From positions 2,646 through 66,645 of the forward strand of contig CAMZEN010000008.1 in the NCBI GenBank assembly GCA_947305775.1: a DNA stretch of 64,000 nt, given 5' to 3'. Origin of the DNA: an uncultured Verrucomicrobiota bacterium (GTDB lineage: Bacteria; Verrucomicrobiota; Kiritimatiellia; RFP12; UBA1067). Shown piece after piece: positions 54,193-62,464 of this stretch (positions within the stretch are counted from its first letter, which is position 1; the number at the start of each line of letters is the position of its first letter). Made by a program: the position numbers and the translations under genes. The notes under the pieces are model-generated. The model saw nothing but the letters and a program-made list of their open reading frames with translations. It made no database searches and was not told the DNA's origin.

Positions 54193-55008
54193 ATGAATCT
54201 GACAAGCCCCAGCCAGGTAAAAGCCTGGTGCATAGAAAATGATTTCCACCCGAACAAGACCATGGGGCAGAACTTCCTCATCGACAGGAATGCGCTTGTC
54301 GCCATAGTCGATGCGGGCCTTGAGCCGGTAGGGGGCGTTGCGTCTCCGCGGGTCCTGGAAATTGGCCCTGGCCTTGGCGTGCTCACGGAAGAGCTCCTTT
54401 CGCGGGGATGCGACGTTGTTGCCATAGAGAAGGACCCGATTCTTGCGGAGCGGCTTGCCGGCTCGCTTGGGAATCCCGAACGACTCTCTGTGGTGGCAGG
54501 CGACGCGCTTGATTTTATCAATCATAAAAGTGCGCTGCCCGGCGATCGCCCGTTCGACTGCATGGTCAGCAACCTGCCATACCAGTCCGGCACACGCATA
54601 CTTCTCGAGCTGGTGTTGAGTCGTTCCATAGCCGCAATTACGGCACTTGTGCAAAGCGAGGTTGCGGATAGGCTGGTCGCTGGCGAAGGCTCGAAGACGC
54701 GTGGCCTTGCGGGAGTCTGGGCGCAGCTAGACTATGATGTCGAAATTGTGCGCAAAGTGTCGGCGAGCTGCTTTTGGCCAAGGCCCGAGATAGGTTCGAG
54801 CGTCGTTCGCCTTGTCCGGCATGAAAGAAACGCCGACTTTTCCGAAGAAGAGCGCGATGTTTTCCACAAGATAACGAAAAAGGCTTTCGAGCATAGGCGC
54901 AAGCAACTTGGCAGCATATTCCGAGATATGATACAATCTACGGCGAGGGCCGAAGAGCTCTCGAATGAAGACTGGAAGAACCTTGTGAAAGGACTGATGG
55001 GGACATGA
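54193..55008 (+). CDS. rsmA: 16S rRNA (adenine1518/1519-N6)-dimethyltransferase
   Basis: GQNFLIDRN...VLEIGPGLGVLTEEL...VSNLPYQ...FWPRPEIGSSVVRL. Confidence 0.9.
   Translation: MNLTSPSQVKAWCIENDFHPNKTMGQNFLIDRNALVAIVDAGLEPVGGVASPRVLEIGPGLGVLTEELLSRGCDVVAIEKDPILAERLAGSLGNPERLSVVAGDALDFINHKSALPGDRPFDCMVSNLPYQSGTRILLELVLSRSIAAITALVQSEVADRLVAGEGSKTRGLAGVWAQLDYDVEIVRKVSASCFWPRPEIGSSVVRLVRHERNADFSEEERDVFHKITKKAFEHRRKQLGSIFRDMIQSTARAEELSNEDWKNLVKGLMGT
54929..54937 (+). promoter_or_regulatory. extended -10-like element TGATACAAT inside the rsmA 3' end (possible internal promoter for the hexokinase gene)
   Basis: Context gagatatgatacaat, 68 nt upstream of the ATG at 55005. It lies within coding sequence, so confidence is lower. 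Confidence 0.3.
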
Positions 55009-56291
55009 AGACACCAGAGGAATTTCTTGCAGAGAATGGCTTGTTTGGGGTGCGCGATTTCGACCGTGCATCATTGTTGGCGATCCTTCTTTCGGAGATG
55101 GAGAATGGTCTGAAGGGTGCGCCATCGTCCCTGATGATGATCCCGACGTTTGTCGGCGTCGACGGTAAAGTACCCTCTGGCGCGAAGGCCGCCGTGCTTG
55201 ACGCGGGAGGAACTAATTTCCGCTCCGGGATAGTGACAATTCCGCCGTCTGTCGAGGATCGCAAGAACCAGCCGATGCCTGGGGCGAAGTCTCCGGTCGA
55301 CAACGAGACCTTTTATTCCGTGCTGGCCGATGAAGTAAAGCGCGTGGCCCCCAAGGCGACGGCAAAGAAGATCGGTTTCTGCTTTTCGTATCCGGCCGAA
55401 GCCACCCGTGACCTGGACGCAAAACTCGTTCGGTGGACAAAGGGCATACAGGCCGATGGCGTTGTGGGCCAGTATGTGGGCAAGGAGCTTCTCAAGCGAG
55501 TCGGCGGCGGCGAGATAGCAATCGTGAACGACACGGTAGCGACGTTGATGGCCGCCAAGGCGACCGAGGGCGAGAAGACGTATTCCTCGTACATTGGCTT
55601 CATTCTTGGCACTGGCACCAATTGTGCCTATGTGGAACGCAATATAGCGATTGAGAAGCTTTCCGGCCTCGATCCCAACGGGAAGATGATCATAAATGCC
55701 GAGAGTGGCAGTTTTGACAAGGCGCCGCGCAGCAGGTTTGATCTGTTGATGGATGCCAAGACGGCGACACCTGGCGCCAACCCGTTTGAGAAGATGATAG
55801 CTGGCGCGTATTTGGGGCCCTTGGGCCTCGAAGTGCTGAAAGTCGCCGCGAAGGAGGGATTCTTCTCAAGAGGTGCCGCAGAGCGCATAGCCGGGCTGGC
55901 TTCGCTGGAGACGATTGATTTCGACAACTTCATTGCGGCCTGCAAAAAGAAGGACCGAGTCAATCCGCTTGACGAGATTTTCGCCAATCAAGCGGACGCG
56001 AAGATGGCTCGACGCCTTGGTCTGCCCGTCTTCGAGCGTGCGGCGGTTCTGACAGCGGTCCATCTTGCCGCTTTTGTCATAAAGACAGGCGAAGGCGCAT
56101 CGTCCGCCGCGCCGGTGGCGATAAGCGTCGATGGCTCAACATACTACAAGACGAGAGCGATCCCGTTTGACGAGACCGTCCGTCGCGAGCTTGACGATAT
56201 GCTCGTCAAGAGACGCAATGTGCATTACGAGATAACGCCGCAGGTCGACGACGCGCCTATGGTTGGCGCCGGAATCGCGGCGATGCTCTAG
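55005..56291 (+). CDS. hexokinase-family sugar kinase (eukaryote-type Hexokinase_1/2 fold)
   Basis: LDAGGTNFRSG, GFCFSYP, IVNDTVATLMA, GFILGTGTNCAYVE, INAESGSF. ATGA overlap with rsmA. Confidence 0.8.
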   Translation: MKTPEEFLAENGLFGVRDFDRASLLAILLSEMENGLKGAPSSLMMIPTFVGVDGKVPSGAKAAVLDAGGTNFRSGIVTIPPSVEDRKNQPMPGAKSPVDNETFYSVLADEVKRVAPKATAKKIGFCFSYPAEATRDLDAKLVRWTKGIQADGVVGQYVGKELLKRVGGGEIAIVNDTVATLMAAKATEGEKTYSSYIGFILGTGTNCAYVERNIAIEKLSGLDPNGKMIINAESGSFDKAPRSRFDLLMDAKTATPGANPFEKMIAGAYLGPLGLEVLKVAAKEGFFSRGAAERIAGLASLETIDFDNFIAACKKKDRVNPLDEIFANQADAKMARRLGLPVFERAAVLTAVHLAAFVIKTGEGASSAAPVAISVDGSTYYKTRAIPFDETVRRELDDMLVKRRNVHYEITPQVDDAPMVGAGIAAML

Positions 56292-59200
56292 GTTGACCCC
56301 AGTGGAAAGCGATACAGATAATGCAAGGATAGTCCGATGGACTCAGCGTCTGCTGGACCTTTCCCTGCGCAACCGACTCCTTAACGCACGCGAGTGCAGA
56401 CAGATACTTCCCCTTGAATGCGAGGGGCTGGGCGCACTCGAAGATCGGCTTTCCGGCGGGGCGTCAGTCCCTGTCGAGAGCTCGAACCAGACCGCCCGCA
56501 CAACGAACTCCCTGCGCACCTCGCTCGACGAAGACGAGATGCGCAGGCGTCTCAAGGAAATCTACCGGCTGGCCAAGACGGACATGGAGGAGTCGGGCGT
56601 AAACGCACTTTATCTCGCCCTCGGATTTCTCAAGTGGCGGCCCAAAGGCAGCGGCGAAAAGCTCTACCGGGCGCCGCTGCTGCTCGTGCCGGTCCAGCTT
56701 TCGAGGAAGAACGTGCGCGAGGGCTACGCGCTGGCATGCATGGACGACGACACCGTACTCAACGCAACGCTGGTCGAGTTCCTCAGAGTAGAGTTCGGAA
56801 TCCAGGTTTCGGGCGTCGATCCGCTGCCAGAGGACGCCTCGGGCGTAGCTGTCGACCAGGTGATGCAGTCCTTTCGCGAGGCGGTGAAGGGGATGGACGG
56901 CTGGAGCGTCGAGAGCGACGCAGCGCTTGGGCACTTCTCGTTCGGCAAGTTCGTGATGTGGAAGGATCTTTCCTCCCGCGCGGACGCCCTTGCCGCGCAT
57001 CCTCTGGTCGCGCACCTCATGAAAGGTGGTGGCGGATATGACGACGGAGTGGATGTTCCTGACGGAGATGAGCTTGCCGCCGCCATCGCCTATGACGAAA
57101 CGTTCGCACCCTTAAGCGCCGACTCTTCGCAACTCGCGGCGGTGCTTCTTTCCGCAAAGGGGAAGTCGTTCGTGCTTCACGGACCTCCAGGAACGGGCAA
57201 GTCCCAGACCATCACCAATCTTATCGCCCACAACCTTGCGCTCGGTAGAAGGGTGTTGTTCGTCTCCGAGAAGAAGGCTGCTCTGGACGTGGTGCACCGT
57301 CGTCTTGAGAAGGTGGGGCTCAAGCCTTTCTGTCTGGAGCTGCACTCCAACAAGTCCGGCAAGGGGGATGTGCTTGCGCAGTTCGCCGAGGCGCTGGACT
57401 ATGTGGACAAGGGTGTGCCGCTCGAATGGGGCAAGACGACGAGCGCGCTGACGCGACTCAGGTCCGGTCTGGATGCGACGGTCGCCGCGCTCCACAGGCG
57501 GCAGCCCAACGGACTCACCGCATACGAATGCTTCGCCTCTAAGATGTCCGGCGATGTGAAGACGTTTCCTTTCGCCGGCATTACCGTCTCCGAATGGAGC
57601 GAGCAGGATATTGCTGCCGGACGCGACCTGGCGGCTAAGGCGGCGTCCGACTGGAGCGAGACGACCCCGGATGCCGTCAATGCGCTGAAGCTTGTGAAGA
57701 CCTTCAGCTGGAACCCCGCCATGGAGTCCGAGACGCGCCAAAGGCTTGCCGCCCTTAAGGGGAAGGGCGCCTTCATGCGCGGCGTCAGCGTTCTGTTCGG
57801 TTGCGGTCCCGTGACTACGGGGAAAGGTTTCGCTTCGCGATTCGATGGCTTTGCCAAGGACTACCCGGCTCGCCTGCAGGCGGCAATTGACGCCATGGGC
57901 GAAAGCCGTGGCGTGATGCGCTACAGGGAGTCCGCCGGCAAGGCGGTGGAGTGCCTTGGCGAGGGATTCGTAAAGTCCCTTGAGAACGGCGATGTCTCGT
58001 CCGACGACGTCTTGGAGTCATACGACCGCTCCATCGCCGCGAAGACGCTGGACGAGATTCTTGCGAAGGAACCGTCCCTGGCCAGCTTCTCGGGACGCAG
58101 CCACGAGGAGCAGATACTTGATTTCCGCAAGCTGGACGATGAGTACGCCGCTCTTGTGCAGCACGTGATAAGGGCGCGAATCGCCTTCGAGATGCCAGGC
58201 GGCAGGCTTGACGACTGTCCCGAGGGATGCGAACTCGGCGTTCTCAGGCGCGAGTGCAGGAAGAAGTCGCGGCAAAAGCCCATACGCAAGCTTCTGGCCG
58301 AGACGCGCGGCATTGTCGGCAAGTTGAAGCCGTGCTTCCTGATGAGTCCGCTTTCCGTCGCGCAGTACCTTCCGCCGGAGGCGTCGTTCGATCTCGTGGT
58401 CTTCGACGAGGCGTCGCAGATCCCTGTTTGGGACGCGATCGGCGTCATCGCCCGGGCGAAGCAGTGCGTAGTCGTAGGCGACCCGAAGCAGATGCCCCCA
58501 ACGAGCTTCTTCCAGAAGGGCGAGAGCGCCGAGGCGGATGACGAGGATGCGACGGAGGACCTTGAGAGCATACTTGACGAGTGCCTTGCCGCGGGGCTTC
58601 ATTCCTCGTACCTGAGCTGGCACTACAGGAGCCGCCACGAGTCGCTGATAGCGTTTAGCAACAGAGAGTACTATGGCGGACGGCTCTTCACGTTCCCGGC
58701 CGCCAAGACGACGCCTGATCTTGGCGTAAGGCACCATTTCGTCCAGGACGGAGTATACGACGCGAAGGCTAGCCGCACGAACAGGGTGGAGGCGGAGGCG
58801 CTCGTAGACTACATCTTCGGGCGTCTTGCCGAGGGGCGCCGCCGCAGCGTCGGCGTGGTCACTTTCTCCATGGCACAGAAGAACCTCATCGAGGACCTTC
58901 TGGAAGAGCGCCGCGCGGCGGATTCGCGCTTCGAGGATTTCTTCACGGGCGATGGCGCGGAGCCTTTCTTCGTGAAGAACCTCGAGAACGTGCAGGGCGA
59001 CGAGAGGGACGTGATACTCTTCAGCGTGGGCTATGCGAAGGGACCGGACGGTAAGTTCATGATGAACTTCGGTCCCCTCAATCGCGCAGGAGGCGAACGG
59101 CGGCTCAACGTGGCAGTGACGCGCGCCAAGGAACAGGTCGTGGTGTTTTCGTCGTGCCGTTCAGCCGAGATAGACCTTTCTCGCACGCAGTCGGTCGGCG

Positions 59201-59856
59201 CAAAGCACCTCAAGGCTTTCCTCGAGTACGCAGAAGCGGGCGGTGTGGCGTCTGATTCCGAAAACGGATCGTCGCGCGATGCCTTCGCGGACATCGTCGC
59301 CGAATTCATCGCGTCCCGCGGCTATGTAGTCAAGCGCGGTGTAGGTAGCTCTGCGCGGAGGATTGATGTAGGCGTCTCGGACGCGAACTCGAAGGGACGC
59401 TTCATCGCGGCTGTCGAGTGCGACGGCGAGGCGTACGCTGACGCAACAGTCGTCAGGGATCGCGAGAAGCTTCGTGCCGGAGTTCTTCGCTCGCTTGGAT
59501 GGAACGTATTGCGTGTATGGTCGGCGGATTGGGCTCTTGATCGTACACGCGCCGAGGAGCGGCTTGCGGCGGAGCTCGAGGCGATAGGGCGCGCGAAGAG
59601 CGGCATGCTGCCGGAGCCTAAGTTCGAGCCGACCGTTACTTTCCCGCGCAAGAGGTCGCAGAAGCGGACCGAACCGGCGAAGGTTTCGCTCGAGAACGTG
59701 CCGGCGGAGGAGCTGCGCCGCACTATGAACGAGGTTGAACGGGACCTCGGACGCTGCGAGACCGACACCCTTTACCGCGAGACTGTGAAACGTTATGGAT
59801 ACAAGACGCTTTCCCCCAAGGCACGCGCCATCCTCGATAGGGCTCGCATTAGTTGA
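56263..59856 (+). CDS. large SF1 (Upf1-like) helicase: DUF4011-like N-terminus + AAA_11/AAA_12 + PD-(D/E)xK/DUF559-like module + DUF3320-like tail
   Basis: RWTQRLLDLSLRNRLLN (DUF4011-like). Walker A GPPGTGKSQT. DEASQI. GDPKQMPPT. SWHYRSRHESLIAFSN. VQGDERDV. LNVAVTRAK. Then RIDVGVSD...AVECDGEAYADATVVRDREKLRAGVLRSLGWNVLRVWSADW. Start ambiguous (TTG 56263, TTG 56293 or GTG 56302). Confidence 0.75.
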   Translation: MAPESRRCSRLTPVESDTDNARIVRWTQRLLDLSLRNRLLNARECRQILPLECEGLGALEDRLSGGASVPVESSNQTARTTNSLRTSLDEDEMRRRLKEIYRLAKTDMEESGVNALYLALGFLKWRPKGSGEKLYRAPLLLVPVQLSRKNVREGYALACMDDDTVLNATLVEFLRVEFGIQVSGVDPLPEDASGVAVDQVMQSFREAVKGMDGWSVESDAALGHFSFGKFVMWKDLSSRADALAAHPLVAHLMKGGGGYDDGVDVPDGDELAAAIAYDETFAPLSADSSQLAAVLLSAKGKSFVLHGPPGTGKSQTITNLIAHNLALGRRVLFVSEKKAALDVVHRRLEKVGLKPFCLELHSNKSGKGDVLAQFAEALDYVDKGVPLEWGKTTSALTRLRSGLDATVAALHRRQPNGLTAYECFASKMSGDVKTFPFAGITVSEWSEQDIAAGRDLAAKAASDWSETTPDAVNALKLVKTFSWNPAMESETRQRLAALKGKGAFMRGVSVLFGCGPVTTGKGFASRFDGFAKDYPARLQAAIDAMGESRGVMRYRESAGKAVECLGEGFVKSLENGDVSSDDVLESYDRSIAAKTLDEILAKEPSLASFSGRSHEEQILDFRKLDDEYAALVQHVIRARIAFEMPGGRLDDCPEGCELGVLRRECRKKSRQKPIRKLLAETRGIVGKLKPCFLMSPLSVAQYLPPEASFDLVVFDEASQIPVWDAIGVIARAKQCVVVGDPKQMPPTSFFQKGESAEADDEDATEDLESILDECLAAGLHSSYLSWHYRSRHESLIAFSNREYYGGRLFTFPAAKTTPDLGVRHHFVQDGVYDAKASRTNRVEAEALVDYIFGRLAEGRRRSVGVVTFSMAQKNLIEDLLEERRAADSRFEDFFTGDGAEPFFVKNLENVQGDERDVILFSVGYAKGPDGKFMMNFGPLNRAGGERRLNVAVTRAKEQVVVFSSCRSAEIDLSRTQSVGAKHLKAFLEYAEAGGVASDSENGSSRDAFADIVAEFIASRGYVVKRGVGSSARRIDVGVSDANSKGRFIAAVECDGEAYADATVVRDREKLRAGVLRSLGWNVLRVWSADWALDRTRAEERLAAELEAIGRAKSGMLPEPKFEPTVTFPRKRSQKRTEPAKVSLENVPAEELRRTMNEVERDLGRCETDTLYRETVKRYGYKTLSPKARAILDRARIS

Positions 59857-59882
59857 ACGTCTAGTTATATCGTTGAATAAAG

Positions 59883-59891
59883 TGATATAAT
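59883..59891 (+). promoter_or_regulatory. extended -10 promoter element TGATATAAT
   Basis: Context aaagtgatataatat, 40 nt upstream of the GTG at 59931. Confidence 0.5.
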
Positions 59892-59930
59892 ATACGCCAA
59901 CAATTACAAGAAAACGAAAGAACAGAGACA

Positions 59931-61154
59931 GTGAAATTCAAGCAAGCGATCATATGGACGGCGGCGCTCGTGCTGGGCGTGGTTCTGGGCATGTTAGGCA
60001 ATGCGCATATAAACGGCTTCATGGACTTCATAGCGTCCGCATACACCAGAGCGTTCCAGTTCGTGGCCATACCGACGGTTGCGCTTGCGATACTGACCGC
60101 TATGGCGTCCCTCGGCGAAGGCAATTCGATGGGCAAGGTCTTCGCGCGTACGCTCTCGTTCACTGTACTTACCTCGTTCATCGCGGCGCTTGTCGGCATG
60201 GGGCTGTTTATTGCGATCAACCCTGGTACGGTCGACCAGAGCGTCGTGAGCGCCGTCGCGCAGGACGCCGACGCAATGGCGCAGATATCACGGACGCCCG
60301 AAACCATCTACGGTCACATCCTCAGCGCCATTCCAAACAACCTTGTGAATCCATTCCTCACGGGGAATGTGCTCTCGATCGTCCTAATATCCGCCGGCAT
60401 CGGCATTGCAATCGCGGTGCTCGGCAAGAAGAGCGACAACGTGGTCGCGCTCCACAAGGCGATATGCGGACTGCAGGAAGTCTTCTTTGCGATGATCAAG
60501 GGCCTCATATGGGCGCTTCCCGTCGGCATCGTCGCGTTCGCGGCCCAGCTTTCCGCGCAGATGTCCGCCGGCGTCGTGGTGGGCTCCATCGGCAAGTACG
60601 TCCTTGTCGTTCTTGGCGGCAATGTGATACAGTTCTTCATCGTCCTGCCGCTCTTCTGCTATTTGAAGGGCGTGAACGGCTACAGGCTGATGCGCCAGAT
60701 GACGCCGGCGCTTCTCATGGCGCTCTTCACGAAGTCGTCAGCGGCGACACTTCCGGTTACCGTTGCGACAGCCGAGAAGAACATGAAGGCGAAGCCGTGG
60801 ATTGCGCGTTTCATCCTGCCGCTTTGCTGCACGATAAACATGAACGGATGCTCGGCGTTCATACTCGTAACATCGCTGTTCGTCATGCAGAACTCGCCTG
60901 AGTGTGGCATCGTCCTTACGCTCCCGACAATGCTCGCATGGTGCATAGTGGCGGTGGTCTGCGCGATAGGCAATGCGGGCGTCCCGATGGGATGCTACTT
61001 CCTCACGCTCTCGCTGATGGCGGGCGTCGGAGGCAACCTGATGATTCTTGGCGTTATCCTTCCTATCTATACGATCATCGACATGATCGAGACGGCGGAG
61101 AACGTATGGTCCGACTGCTGCATATGCGCGGTTGTCGATAAAAGCACAAAATAA
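59931..61154 (+). CDS. dicarboxylate/amino acid:cation symporter (DAACS family)
   Basis: Polytopic protein. TKSSAATLPVT and CCTINMNGCSAF hairpin motifs. GNAGVPMG. IIDMIETAENVWSD. Confidence 0.8.
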   Translation: MKFKQAIIWTAALVLGVVLGMLGNAHINGFMDFIASAYTRAFQFVAIPTVALAILTAMASLGEGNSMGKVFARTLSFTVLTSFIAALVGMGLFIAINPGTVDQSVVSAVAQDADAMAQISRTPETIYGHILSAIPNNLVNPFLTGNVLSIVLISAGIGIAIAVLGKKSDNVVALHKAICGLQEVFFAMIKGLIWALPVGIVAFAAQLSAQMSAGVVVGSIGKYVLVVLGGNVIQFFIVLPLFCYLKGVNGYRLMRQMTPALLMALFTKSSAATLPVTVATAEKNMKAKPWIARFILPLCCTINMNGCSAFILVTSLFVMQNSPECGIVLTLPTMLAWCIVAVVCAIGNAGVPMGCYFLTLSLMAGVGGNLMILGVILPIYTIIDMIETAENVWSDCCICAVVDKSTK

Positions 61155-61166
61155 AGGAGAACCCAA

Positions 61167-62444
61167 ATGGGTATGTGGAACAGACAAGCCGAGACCCTTT
61201 CGAGGGACGAATACGCCAAGCTTCAGCTGGAGGGGCTAAAGAAGTCCCTTTCGCGCGTTTGGACTAACGACTTCTACCGCGAGCGCCTCAAGCGCGGCGG
61301 TGTCGGTTCGCCGGAGGACGTGAAGTCGCTTGACGACCTCGCAAGCCTGCCGCTCTTCACAAAGGACGACTTCCGCGACGCGTATCCGCTCAAAATGAAC
61401 TGCGTCGACAGGAAGGATCTTCTCGAATTCCACATGTCCAGTGGCTCCACGGGCACGCCGGTCGTAATGGCCTACACCAAGAACGACCTCCTTCAGTGGG
61501 CGGAGTGCATGGCGAGGAGCTTCTCGATGGCGGGGCTGGAGAAGGGCGACGCCTTCCAGATAATGCCTACGTTCGGACTTTTCAACGGCGGCTTCGGCTG
61601 CTACCACGGCTGCCGCAAGGCGGGGCTCTTCTGCGTTCCGGCATCGAGCGGCAACACCGAGCGCCAGATAAAGCTCTTGAAGGACTTCAAGGTGAAGGGC
61701 TTCTGTTCGGTGGTGTCATATGTGCCGCGTCTGATAGAGAAGCTCGACGAGCTGCCCGAGAGCGAGCGCGACCTGCCCTACCTCAAGGTCGGCATCTTCG
61801 GCAGCGAAACCTTCTCGGACGAGACTCGCCGCCGCATTGAATCGCGCCTCGGAATAGAGTGCTTCGACATCTACGGCATGACGGAGACGGGCGGCATCGG
61901 CACAACCGGACAGGACTGCCGCTGCCACTGCGGTCTGCACGTATGGGAAGACCAGTACATCACCGAAATCATCGACCCGGTTACGGGCAAGGTTCTCCCC
62001 GACGGCGAGTACGGCGAAATCGTCTTCACCTCGCTCACGCGCGAAGCGATGCCGATCATCCGCTACCGCACCCACGACATAACGCGAATCCTCTCGCGTG
62101 AGAAGTGCGAGTGCGGCAGGACGTCCCTCAGGATCGACCGCATAACTGGCCGTACGGACGACATGCTGATCGTGAAGGGCGTTAACTTCTATCCGCGCCA
62201 GGTCGAGCAGGCGCTTATGGAGATTCCAGGCGTAAAGGACGAGTTCCAGATAATTCTGGAGGAGCACAACGGAATCACGGATGTCACGGTCAATGTCGAG
62301 GCGGAGCCTGGCGTTACCGGTCACACCGTCGCCAAGCACCTTCGCGAGCGTCTTGGCTTCCTGCCGAAAGGCGACGTGTTCCCGGTCGGTGCGTTGCCGC
62401 GCAACGAAGGCAAGGCGAAGCGCGTCATACGCATAAAGCGGTGA
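61167..62444 (+). CDS. paaK: phenylacetate--CoA ligase family adenylate-forming enzyme
   Basis: LSRDEYAKLQLEGLKKSL...FYRERL, SSGSTGTPVVMAYTKNDL, YGMTETGG, and a C-terminal ACT-like region typical of PaaK/F390-synthetase proteins. Confidence 0.7.
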   Translation: MGMWNRQAETLSRDEYAKLQLEGLKKSLSRVWTNDFYRERLKRGGVGSPEDVKSLDDLASLPLFTKDDFRDAYPLKMNCVDRKDLLEFHMSSGSTGTPVVMAYTKNDLLQWAECMARSFSMAGLEKGDAFQIMPTFGLFNGGFGCYHGCRKAGLFCVPASSGNTERQIKLLKDFKVKGFCSVVSYVPRLIEKLDELPESERDLPYLKVGIFGSETFSDETRRRIESRLGIECFDIYGMTETGGIGTTGQDCRCHCGLHVWEDQYITEIIDPVTGKVLPDGEYGEIVFTSLTREAMPIIRYRTHDITRILSREKCECGRTSLRIDRITGRTDDMLIVKGVNFYPRQVEQALMEIPGVKDEFQIILEEHNGITDVTVNVEAEPGVTGHTVAKHLRERLGFLPKGDVFPVGALPRNEGKAKRVIRIKR

Positions 62445-62464
62445 CGAAGCTGAAGCAAGCCGGT

